Positions 1 through 11,216 of a stretch of DNA of 64,000 nucleotides are shown in pieces. The first letter of the stretch is position 1. The number at the start of each line of letters is the position of its first letter. The position numbers and the translations under genes were made by a program. The DNA is from Chara braunii (Eukaryota > Plantae > Charophyceae): the NCBI GenBank assembly GCA_003427395.1, contig BFEA01000003.1, forward strand, positions 6,476,208-6,540,207, written 5' to 3'. The notes under the pieces were generated by a model, which was not told the origin of the DNA, searched no databases, and saw only the letters and a program-made list of their open reading frames with translations.

Positions 1-42
<42 letters not shown>
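1..42. repeat. (GA)n microsatellite
   Basis: Pure GA run at the window start. Similar runs at 2781-2815, 7042-7101, 28205-28313 (CT) and 49437-49515; (GT)n at 6877-6949. Confidence 0.95.
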
Positions 43-45
<3 letters not shown>

Positions 46-219
46 TTACAGCTGAAATTGTTGTTTTTATTTGGTTAGTAAATTTTGTAGCTTTTTTTGT
101 TGGTTGTGGTTTTGAGGTTTGGTTATATTTGGTTATGTTCACGGACGCCCTTGTTATGCTCGTACTGACTATAATCATGTATTACTTCAGGGTTCAAACT
201 TGGGTATTTAAAGTTTATT

Positions 220-650
220 AGACACTAATTGGTTTGTGCCTTAGTGTTAGGGTTAACGACGATAATTAAAAATACACTAGTTGGTTTGTGCCTTAGTGTT
301 ATAATTAACGACTGTAATTAGAAATAATAAGGGTGATGTTTATTACTTTTAACACTGTTAAGTATGGTGTGACTCAGCCATGGTGGGTTTATCCCGGGTT
401 GGAGGACTTAGACTTTGGTGAATAAAGTTTAGTAGACGCTAGTTTGTTTGTGCTTTAGTGTTAGGGTTATCGATCTTAATTAGAGATAACTAGAGATAAT
501 TAGGGTGTGATATTAATTAATGTTGTGACTCAGTTTTGTTTGTGCTTTACTGTTAGGGTTACCGAGGTTAAGCTTGTTGGGCTAATTAGTGTGTGATGTT
601 AATTAGTGATGTGACTCAGCCGCAATGGGCTTATTCCAGGTCGGAGAGCT
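220..650. repeat. Degenerate tandem repeat
   Basis: Motif GGTTTGTGCCTTAGTGTTAGGGTTA recurs imperfectly near 231, 283, 445 and 538. The block GTGACTCAGCC...TTAT.CC.GGT.GGAG occurs at ~369 and ~611. Confidence 0.6.
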
Positions 651-774
651 TGGTTCATCCCTGCAGGCCGTGGCTATTGGTGTGAGGGACGCTGGGCCCG
701 TTTGCCAGCTTGTGATGATATAATATACTCCCTTTTTTTGTAAAAAGAAAAAAAAAAAGGAAAAAAAAAAAAAA

Positions 775-931
775 AGTCCGAGTAAGTTCATCAATTTTGA
801 CAAAAGGAATACTAAATAAAACAGTAGCAGCTACAAAATGTACCACAGATTCTATGAAAAATAGAGAAAGTAGAAGTTCATTGTGGCTTATAAATAGTAA
901 TATGAGGTGATAATTGTCTATTGATTTTCAA
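775..931 (-). pseudogene. sdh3: Mitochondrial sdh3 (succinate dehydrogenase cytochrome b560) 5' fragment, NUMT
   Basis: Minus strand reads (L)[30 protein letters not shown], then after a frameshift VLFSIPFVKIDELT. This matches the streptophyte mitochondrial SDH3 N-terminus ([30 protein letters not shown]...). Start codon lost, one stop, one frameshift. Confidence 0.9.
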
Positions 932-959
932 GTAAAAAAACAAATACTCTGATTTTGAC

Positions 960-1030
960 TCAAGGTCACAGAATTCGAACCTATGACCCTCTCTCTGTAC
1001 GCAAAACAGGTGTGCGACCAGACTGCCCTG
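960..1030 (-). pseudogene. trnP: Mitochondrial-type tRNA-Pro(UGG) pseudogene, NUMT
   Basis: Reverse complement GCAGTCTGGTCGCACACCTGTTTTGCGTACAGAG(AGAG)GGTCATAGGTTCGAATTCTGTGACCTTGA follows plant mt trnP. The 5' acceptor strand is missing, the anticodon is mutated and there is a 4-nt insertion. It lies just upstream of sdh3. Confidence 0.85.
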
Positions 1031-1347
1031 AACAATTCACACATGAAGCTTTGTTCTTCCACTGCATGAGGAAATCAGCAGAGTGAGACTTTGGAGCACA
1101 AGCCTCGGATACATGGCATTTTATTGGTAAATCATCCCTGAATGAAATGCATGTGAACACAATTACCTACAGTTATCCAAATTCAGTTTAGAAGTCCGGA
1201 GCGCACTCTGAAGCTTGGGCTGCTTCTGTTTTTCAGTGCCGAGTTTGAGGGCTAAATCCCACATGAATGAATTCTCACATCAGGACCCTTAGATGGTTAG
1301 AAGAGGGGTAAGTGGTACATGCTGATGGGTCTCATTCGACACCCCAC

Positions 1348-1379
<32 letters not shown>

Positions 1380-2778
1380 GCAATGTGCTTGGGGCCCCTT
1401 CCACACCCATGATAGTGTTTTCCGGATGAAAATAGACAATTTTGGACAAATTGGCCTCCCTTCGTTTCTCACGGGCCGGGATCTATCAGCTGAGGGGGGA
1501 ACTCAAGTCCCGTCGCGATCCAAGGCCAACCATCTGCAATGGCTCTGTTCTATTTGTCAGCAGCGCAATGCACTGGAAAAGGGGACCAGCATCCTAGGAG
1601 CTTGCAACGACCATCTAGGCTCCGCTCCGCTCTTCGAACTGATATAATAGTAGTTAGAACAAGAAGGGTGAGTACAATCTGAGAGGGTGGTACACATTTT
1701 TTTCACATCTTGACACTCGAGTGTGCCACCCATAGGAACATGTTCTCACACCAGATCCTTTACACTTTGGGGTACCATGCCAAGGAAAAGCCTAACAAAA
1801 GGGTGGCATCCCTAGAAACAGCCTTACAGGAGTAAACCTGTGACATACTAGAAGCTAAGTACCAACTCTCAAGACTTGGTAGAGATTCTTTTTTGTGTTT
1901 TTCTTCTTTGTTTCAAGAAGGCAAGTACGTTGATGTCACTTTTGAGTATAGAGTGAACGAAAAACACGCACTGACAAAGAAAACAAGCGCCGAGTTTGAA
2001 AAAGCAAAATATGTACCAACAACCATGGTGTCAGTTCGGTGTTATAACTGCAGGCGTCGGTCGTGGTGTCAGGCGGGGACAAGGAGGGGGGGGAGGGAGA
2101 GAGAAATCCCAGCCTGCTGGACACCGGGTCCAGAGTCCCTTGAATACATTCATTCATTTTTTAACAACACAAACTGGGAACTGGGCCCAACGTCCCATAT
2201 GAGGTGTTCAAATCATTAGCATTCCGGGGCAATTACCCGGCTCGGGCTTGCAATTGGAAACTATATATTGGCCAATAATGCAATTATAACTCATTTTTGT
2301 GAGTCGTGCATAGTTCCCCGAAAAATTACTGCTTTTCTTTGGAGAGGAGATGATCATGAGTCATGTGGTACACAGAGTGGCATGGGACACCTGTTTGTCT
2401 TTTGTTGTTGTTGTTGTTTTGTGTCCAAACAAATAAAGTTGGTCTGGGTCTACTCGAGGTAGTGATTCAAGCAACTACCTCTAGCATTCCTATGATGAAC
2501 TGCTGGATCTATTGGTGGGGAGCTTCAGGCTTCAGCTGCCAGAAATTTGGTCTTAGCCTCCCCCCCCCACACAAAAAAAACCCACCTGGAGGTTGGATTG
2601 ATCCTCGAGTTTCGCTTAAACCACCCGTACTTAACCCAGCTATCGACCGCTGGAAAAACAATAGAGTTACTGTGGAAACATTTCTAGTTGTATGAATTCG
2701 GGTGCTTCTGTAGTCGCCCCAATTTATCTAATGCAGTCAGTGGACCAAATACATTCACACTTTTTTTGCCGCGGAGCG

Positions 2779-2819
<41 letters not shown>

Positions 2820-3089
2820 GGGGGAGGAAGAGGGGAAGATGACCTCTGCTTAGGAATTTGAATGGCTACCGGTTTACCTGTTCAACGCTCCACCGCAGGC
2901 CACCTTCCTGCCTTTTTGAACACCGGACCACAGCACAGGGGCAGGCCCTGGGCAACGGCCCAGGTAGAAAATTAAACTGCATTTTGAAACTCCGCGACAC
3001 AGACTTTTCTGCAATGCCAAGTTTCAAGTGTAGTTCGAACGTCGGGCCTGACTGCATTGTAGAAACTGTGTTTCGACCGCATTTTCAAA

Positions 3090-3650
3090 CTCAGTCTATT
3101 TTTGTGACCGCCGTGTAGTTACCCCCCAAAAAAAGTGTGTAAGATGTCTCTGTAGTATGCGTTTTCATGCTTCGGTTCTCTGGTTAAAAACTTGCAACCT
3201 GTGCTCGGATTGCTTTAATTTCCTTCATCTTGCAGTTTTTTGTGTTGGCTATGGGTGGTTTAACCAGTTCTCTTTTGTACTGCATTTTCAAACTGTTTTT
3301 GTGACCGCCATGTAGTTACCCCAGAAAAAAAGTGTGTAGGGTCTCTCTGCATTAATATGCGTGTTCATGCTTGCGTTCTTTGGTTGAACCACTAGTACTT
3401 GGCCCAACTATCGATGCCGATCCTGAAAACGGGCTGCTCGCCGTTTCGCACCGACCCGCCAGCGTAACAAAAAAAACTTGTTTTGGTTGGCGGCGCCCCG
3501 AACCTCCGGAAGTTGTGGGGCATTAAAGACAACGCCCCCCCGGCCGAGGTATAGGCCAAGTACTGGTGGTTTAAAAACTTGCAACCTGTACTCGGATTGC
3601 TCCAATTTCCTTCGTGTTGCAGTTTTTTGTGTCGGCTATGGGTGGTTTCC
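3090..3650. repeat. Tandem duplication (~200 bp unit); second copy carries a MITE
   Basis: TTTTTGTGACCGCC.TGTAGTTACCCC...GGCTATGGGTGGTTT is present twice (from ~3098 and from ~3296). Confidence 0.85.
3388..3570. mobile_element. TTAA-targeting MITE (ACCACCAGTACT TIR family)
   Basis: Ends are ACCACTAGTACTTGGCC and GGCCAAGTACTGGTGGT, flanked by TT(G)A and TTAA. The empty site TGG-TTAA-AAACTTGC is at 3181-3195 in the sister repeat. Confidence 0.9.
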
Positions 3651-6600
3651 ATACTCTGCATCATGTTTTATGTGTTTTTGGCTTTTAACACTACTTTTGA
3701 TGATTCCAAACAATCTGGGTTGATCCAATAATCAGAAAGTTGCTGACGAGGATATGATTTCATATAAGAAATATTGAACAATTGGGAGTGAGATAACGAA
3801 GGTCAAGGGAGAGTTAGTAAGCTGGAAATAGGATAGTAACAAACTCAGTCTGACGACGTTGCATTATTCTAAATAGTATAACCTTAGGAGGGTCACTATG
3901 GTGCTGACGTGGCATTCAAGAATTCTGTCGGGGTGTAGGTGAAAGGGAATAAGTAAAATTGGTTCCTAAGAATAGGAGGAGAGAGAGGGGATGAGGGTAG
4001 AAAGGTTGAAAGGAGGAAGCTCACAGGATCGGTTCAAGGGGAGGAGGTGCAATCTTGAGAAGATGACATCACATGGTGAAGCTTTGGAACATATCCATGT
4101 AGAAGAAGGAGGGGTCTACGTGTTTCGGGAGTCTTGAAAACTGGGTACGTTTTGTCTCTTGCACTACCTATTCTTCCCACCCTCTTGTACCTCGTGATTG
4201 GTTCCCTCCTAGTAATGTGGGGTTCCTAATTGAACTCCACTGCCAGCAAAGATTGGAGGGTGGAAGGAAGGAACTAAGGTGTCGATTAAGTACGAGGAAG
4301 TAATTTCGATAATTTATTTGATAACTTCATTTAATTTATTCTAATTTATTATAATCTATGTAAAACAATTGGCTCTAATTTGACTGTCATCATCTTCAAT
4401 TTCCATTAATCGCCATCAATCAATCATCAATCAATCATCACCAATCAATCATTACAAATCTATCATCATCAAGCAACACAAAGTCACTTTTAGATTCCTA
4501 TGTATAATGAGAATATTGACTAAATATTAATTGCCCAAATCACTAATTAACACACTAAGCTCACTGTCTTTTGAAGTAGAGTCCAACAAGATAAGTTGTC
4601 CCTATAAATTCTAATCAGACTTACGGACTACTAGTAATTACAGATGAAGAGTTGAACGATTCCTAATGGATCCTATGACATTGGTGTACTGATACCTGTT
4701 ACTCTCCCCTCATAGAATCTAGTTGACAAGTAGGTGGGGTTACAATTTTGAGATTCTCAGACTTACCTGATCGCCAACCGGTTTCATTAGTTGAGAAGTG
4801 AAACAGGTCAGTAAGGGATTCGGTAAGAGGGGATATTCAAAAGAAAATCAGGATTATGATGAATTCAAGAAGAATGAGAGGAACAGACTCACTGTTATTC
4901 TATCAGCGGGATATGCGCCACACCCATTTTCGTCAACTAGGCCCTTCCCCCTATACAAAGCCGATAGGTCATCATATAGAGAAGTTGAGTGGGTTGCTGT
5001 CTGATCAGGGGGGCAAGCTGGTAAGAAATGTTCCTTGGTCGAAAGATGAGACTGGAGTATTAGTTGGGGAAAGGAGGAGGGGGGAGGGGGGAGGGGGGGG
5101 AAGGGAGAGAAGAAGGGGATGGCGGCCTGTTGGAGCAACATAGGGACCTTCACAAGGAACGGGGGTGGTTATAGCAAGTTAGCAACCAAGTCATATGACA
5201 ACAGGGAGGTGCAACAAATGCAGGTGGGGAAGGAGAAAGTACTGGTTCTCATTTTGAAAGAATGGGCGATTTAGGAAACTGTTCAACCAGAGGCAACTGT
5301 TCACAAATCAGGAAAGAATGTTTAGAAGGTCGGGTCGAATCAGAATGAACAGAATGAAAGATTCAGGTTTTGAAGATAAAAGAAGGAGATGAGGAGATAC
5401 TCACCGAAGAAGAAACAACGTGTGCACAAAAAAATAGAAGGGCATCAAGATTCGACAACAGGTTCTAACAAAAATGAAGAAAATGCAGAATCACCATCTT
5501 CCTCCTCATCCCACAGTTCTTCTCAACCGTCTTGGGCACAGAAAGTCAGGGCATCTCTTCTCGATAAAACATTAAATATCAAACGCCATGCAATCGACCT
5601 ACCAGACACCCAAGCAGAAGAACTGAAGGTACCACTACGAAATTTGTCGTCAACCAGCGCCTACTTCCTCTTTCTCTTCCTCCTCCCCTCACAACAGTTG
5701 GTCTATGAGCAAGGAGTGAGGAAGACACTGATAAAGTCTTATCCTACAGAGACAAATTGGGTCAAAGAGATGTGATTTATACCAAGCACGTGAGCCATTG
5801 GATATTTTATGATGACTGTGCTTACAAATCTATTAATGATAAACTCAAATGGATATGTAAAAGGCTTGAAGCAATGAAGGACAATTCATAGGTGGTGTCT
5901 CATTTTTTTTTAATATAGCGAGTCCCTCCAACAGTGTTTACAGTCCTTTGTTTATTTTAACAGGACACAAAACAAATCGATGGTTGGACGAAGATATTTT
6001 GGGATAGATCGGAGGTCAGAATATACTCCTATTTGCCGAGGAAGGTAGGGTCGGAGGAAAAAAGGGAACAATTGATGAGAGATTTTTACCGGGTGAAATT
6101 AAGGCACATTCCTATCGACATACAAGTGGTGTTTGTCCATGATTTTGGACAACAGTTCAAAATTGTGGAATTTATTAACCCACTCCCCACATACGTCGCT
6201 GAGAGAGATGACCATCTGATGTTAGCTTTGGACTTACCTAAGGATCGATTATTCTCATTAGATGATATTGTCCCATTCAAGATGGGAAGTAAGATTTACC
6301 AGATTCATACCGGTCGCAAATTCCGCCCATGCTGCTTTAAGTGTAAAGCTTATAGGCACCTCAGCACGAAATTTGCTTGCCCAGTACACCCTCAGCATGC
6401 CTCTTCACAAGGACCCAGGCTCAAACGATATCCACAGCGTCCACACAAATGGGTTCCAGCGGTTCAGGGGTATGAAGGGTGCGTCAGGCAGCAGATAGGC
6501 TGGTTTTGGGAAGGAAGGGGGGACTTGCATAAGGTGCCACGACCACCTGCAGTCTGGGTCCCACCCCAGTCTCCTCAACAAGGCTCTCAAGCTTTGAAGG

Positions 6601-6755
6601 CTGGACAACCAAAGGTTAAGGGTGTACAATGTGTCGACCCCCAACAATAAGTGCGTCCCAATCTAGGGCAATTGGCCCAAGTCAACCTCTCGGGGAAAGG
6701 GGGACCAAGGTTGGGTCCCTTAGCTGATGTAGCAGCCTTTGGATCCCCTGGAGGA

Positions 6756-6913
6756 CTGCGTTGCCGTGCGTTCAATGAATGCGCGTTCTGTGTTCATGTT
6801 TTGAACGCGTCGAACGCGCGTTCACTGAACGCGTTGAACGTGTTTGTGCAGGGTGCAGGGGTGTGGGCTGGGGCCCGTGTGTGTGTGTGTGTGTGTGTAT
6901 GTGTGTGTGTGTG

Positions 6914-6949
<36 letters not shown>

Positions 6950-7039
6950 NNNNNNNNNNNNNNNNNNNNNNCTTTCTGTTCTAAACGACGGGCTGTAGCC
7001 CGGTGGGAGGCACGACAATTCTAGATGTGTATAAGAGAC

Positions 7040-7105
<66 letters not shown>

Positions 7106-7406
7106 GAGAAAGAGGAGGGCAGGTAAGTCTCCAAACGCGCAGCCAACCTCATGGTACTTCCATCGATCTGATGAGCAAAATCGGATGAATCTACCACGAG
7201 AACATGGAAATATACACAACCACACTTTTTTTTTTTTTTTTTTTGAAGAACCAATTCCCCCACCCGTAGTCCGCCATGCGTTCACATCATTGGGTGTGTC
7301 GCGTTCAATAAATTGATGCCACGTGGCGAGCAACGCGTTTTGAACGAGTTTGAAAGTGGGTGTTCGAACGCGAACGAGCGTTCAGCGCGTTTAGACGGTC
7401 ACATAG
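6756..7406. mobile_element. hAT-like non-autonomous element in LINE A ORF1 (spans a gap)
   Basis: Ends CTGCGTTGCC and GGTCACATAG; 8-bp TSD CTGGAGGA (6748-6755) / CTAGAGGA (7407-7414); subterminal GAACGCG repeats. Confidence 0.65.
7023..7041. other. Nextera/Tn5 mosaic-end adapter (assembly artefact)
   Basis: Exact AGATGTGTATAAGAGACAG about 50 bp from an N gap. Confidence 0.97.
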
Positions 7407-9530
7407 CTAGAGGATCCCATGGAGGAGAAGGAGGTATACGAAAAAAAGCGGCTATTCCTAGTATACAAAAAAATCAACAAGAGTTACAGTGTATAGATAG
7501 GGGAAAGGTTGTTATCAATAGCTCAAGGAATATATGTCCATCGGCAGTGGCATACTTACTTCTCATTGGCCCAAATCCAGGTAAAGAATGGATTGAAGTC
7601 TGGCGCAAAGGAAGTGGAAATGATAAAAAAAAAATGAGTTCTGCAAAGCAATCCACACAGTTCACACAATCTTCACAATCTGCGCAATCTGCACAATCTG
7701 AGCAGCCAGTACCAATGGAACAGGAATCACAAACTGCGAACCAATTTGATAGTTTGACACAAGAAGAACAAATGGAGGAACAAGGAGAAATGGAAAGTCT
7801 GTGTGTAGAAGGCAGAGGTGTTTGTTACACCAAAGACCAGTATAAGGAAGGAACAACAAAGAGCATTGACCATAGGGACCCTATGGACACAGACCCATTC
7901 AAGGAGTCCTTTGGTAGCGAGCCCATAGAGGTTGAACAAGTTTTAGCAACCCTGCCAACGTTGGTTGTAGCTAACAAAAAAAAAGGTTTATCCACATGTC
8001 TACAAACAAAATTATTAAAAGGAGCACACTAATTGTTGGTCAATATGAAGCTCAATTAAGCGGGTATGTTGGATATGGTCTAGGGTCAGGTTTTTAGGCA
8101 ACTTATCCCATGCTTGAAAACAACCCTAGTCTCAAGATAGTAATGGAATAAGGACCCAAGCAAGGCATGAATGGAGATGATATTTGTAATTGTCTTTTGC
8201 ATATTATTTTAATTCAATTTCATCCACCCGATGAGAATGATCTCAATCATCTCAAGCATCTGTTGAGAGGAGGAGGAGGATATCAAATGATAGGCCCAAC
8301 TACCTCTGGAATAACCGGGATGTACCATGAGGGGGAAACCAATGATGAAGGAAAGCAGGATGTTCAAGAGGATCAGGAAGATCAAGTTCATTCCACTATA
8401 GATTTACTGCTGAGTAATTGGGCAGCAAAAAGTTTGGGTTCACTACAGGCTGGAACACCTTTGAATGAAAACCAAATCGATAACAAAGAGATAGAAAAAT
8501 ATGTTGTCCCTTACAAACCAGAGGAACCCTATAAGGAGAACCCAAGGACTATCACAAGGTATAAAGGGATTATGGAGCTTATAGAAGTTACTTCTGAAGT
8601 AACCAGTGAGAAAAATTCATGTTGATCAACAGTGAAGGGGTTGTTAAAGGCATGAATAATTAGACTATTAAAACCGAGCAAGAAACAAAGGTGACAAAGG
8701 GTGGGCAGACACAAGAGAAGATTGATTTAAAAAGCAAGTTGGATATATTTACTAAACAAGATCAGAGTAAGAAGCTACTACAACTGCCCCCTCAAGAGAA
8801 GTGATAGGTAGTGGACTTAACTGGTGAATTAGACATGCCTGTTTCATTGGTAGAACGGGATCTTACGAAAATGGATGATAATCATGGTACTCAACCTACT
8901 ATTATGCAGATAACTGAGTTGACAAGTAAGAGGTAGAAATTAAGACACAGATTGTCAATGGGTCAGGGGGAGATGACTCCTACTAAGATTGGTATCTTAA
9001 TTCTGTCAGTGAGAAGGAGAAAGGATATTTGGGAGGTGGGGTTGTCAGAACCTCCGGGAGCTGTATACGGAGATATTACTGTTCTTGACACTTCCTCTCA
9101 AGTCCTCTACAGGTACACAGGCAGGTGAAACTCTAATTCAACAAAAGATTACCACATTCATTAATGATCATTTGCCTAATGGAGTTACAGTCATTCTCAC
9201 ACTTATCACAAAATCAAGTTAGCAGAGATGGATGTCTATCTGAAATATGTCCCATAAAAACAGGTAAATTTCGATTGATGGGAGGAGAAACTCTTAAAGA
9301 AATGCAGCTGTTAAAGGTTGAAGCCAGTAACTTTTGGTCTAAGACAGACGTTGGCACTATTCTACTGAGACTTTTGGGGCAGAGTACATTGGAATCAGGC
9401 GGTTGACTGGATCAGGGAGTTTGGCAACCTTGGAGAGCACCTGAGACTCCTAATTTCCCCATATATTTTTATTATATTTTTCTTATATTTTCCTTCCTTA
9501 GTGTATGAGTTAGAATGTTAGGATAATATA

Positions 9531-11134
9531 ATGGAGGGCATTAAAGTTATAGATGCATTATATAATAAAGATAATGTATGGAAATCTCTAAGGAGGAATG
9601 CAGACTTGGATCTGCGGTCGATGAATGTTAATGGCCTAACATGAGCCCAACATAAAAAAAAACATACAATCTATGATTAGCTAAAAGGTATAGAGCCCAT
9701 GCATCGAGACCAAGCATATGTGGGGGTGGCTATTTTGATTCCCCTAAATTCCAGGGCGGATCCCATTTATGTGGAGGTAGACAAGAAGGAAGGGGGAAGG
9801 ACGTTTGTCCTAGTAATGCTAGAATTGGAGGTGGTGTGTATAATGTAGACATAATGATGTTGGTGAAAGACAAAAAAAATTGAGTCCTCTTTTCCTCGCC
9901 TGCCACAAGGGATATTAATTATTATGGTCGTGGATTTCAATTGAGCACCGAATCGACCCCTGGATCGATGGCAAATTCCATCCCCATGCCTTGCATATAT
10001 TGAGTCAGATGAGATAATAGTAAATAATCTTTGTTAGTCCCTCAACCTCTTTGACTCCTATAGACGACTCAACCTTACTCAGAGTTTATTTTTCTGTTTC
10101 AAGAAAGATCAATCTGATCGGGGGTCTAAATCTCGTATTGATCTCATTCTAATGTCTGAAGCATTACTGAGGGCAATACAGTTTGTCGGGATCTTCCCGC
10201 GAAGTCCTTAAATTTACAAAAACTAGATCGTTCTATGTGTGTTGCAGTTCTATCTTTAAGGAAAAAGTCAGATCAAGGTAAAAAATTCTATGAACTTAAT
10301 ACCTCTCATTTAAATATTGACAACGTTATTTCTTATCTCAAAGATGTGTGGACCTTCTGGCGCAACCAGCGAGACCTCAATCACGATGATATAAAGTGGT
10401 TCAACAACGGCCTAACATTTATAGGTCGTAAATGCAATGAATATTCTAAACTCCTTGCCTCACAAAGACACTCTGAAAAAACAATCCTGCTTTAGAGAAT
10501 TCAACAACTCCAACAACAATAGAAGTTGAGAAGTTGAGAAAACACAAAATGGAAGGGGAGATGGATGCGAGTTTTTTTTCTCTGGCCAAAATTAACTCGG
10601 ATCGCACAATTATCGAAACCCTAAAAGACTCCTTTCGTAGGAACGTTCCATTGGCCACGTCCTCGACATCATGTATGAAAATAGCCAGGGATTTCTTCCA
10701 GGATCTCTTTAAGTCCGAAACTAAAAGTATCCCGAAGAATCAGAGAGTTCCAGAAATAAAATTTTTTCTTACAGCTTCGGTCAAAACACTGGAAAAAAAA
10801 AAAGGAGTTAGAAATGTCTGTTTCAAAAGAAGAAATATAGACAACTACGTTGCATAAAGTACACGTATGGAGGCTTTCCGTACGAAACGTACAGGTAATT
10901 TCTGTACAGGATCATTACGGGAACCTGTACGTCTTGTCGCCCCCGTACGAAAAAGCAACAAAAAAAGAAAAAAGAAAAAAAAAGTCGTCAAAAAAATCCA
11001 AAAAAACAATATGTGATGCAATGACACAAAACAAGCAACATTTGGCTGAGAATCATCTTCANNNNNNNNNNNNNNNNNNNNNNNNNNNNNNNNNNNNNNN
11101 NNNNNNNNNNNNNNNNNNNNNNNNNNNNNNNNNN

Positions 11135-11216
<82 letters not shown>

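Larger units (their letters stand above)
5389..9430 (+). pseudogene. LINE A ORF1 remnant
   Basis: Fragments 5389-5775 and 6033-6650 align with LINE B ORF1. CX2CX4H zinc knuckle near 6333. Many stops. Confidence 0.8.

Noticed and set aside
220-560. TTAGGG motifs as telomeric repeat
   Set aside because: Isolated hexamers within a longer degenerate unit, not a tandem telomere array.
3725-3785. CTGACGA...hairpin...GAAA resembling a hammerhead
   Set aside because: The base of stem II is unpaired and no valid NUH site with stems I and III could be assigned.
6651-7333. ORFs with poly-VC, ER, LS, K or F tracts (also near 10850, 28100 and 49400)
   Set aside because: Translations of microsatellites, homopolymers and N gaps.
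6741-7426. 15-bp direct repeat GGATCCC(C/A)TGGAGGA as a TSD
   Set aside because: Better explained by a host tandem motif plus an 8-bp TSD that coincides with the TIR-like ends.
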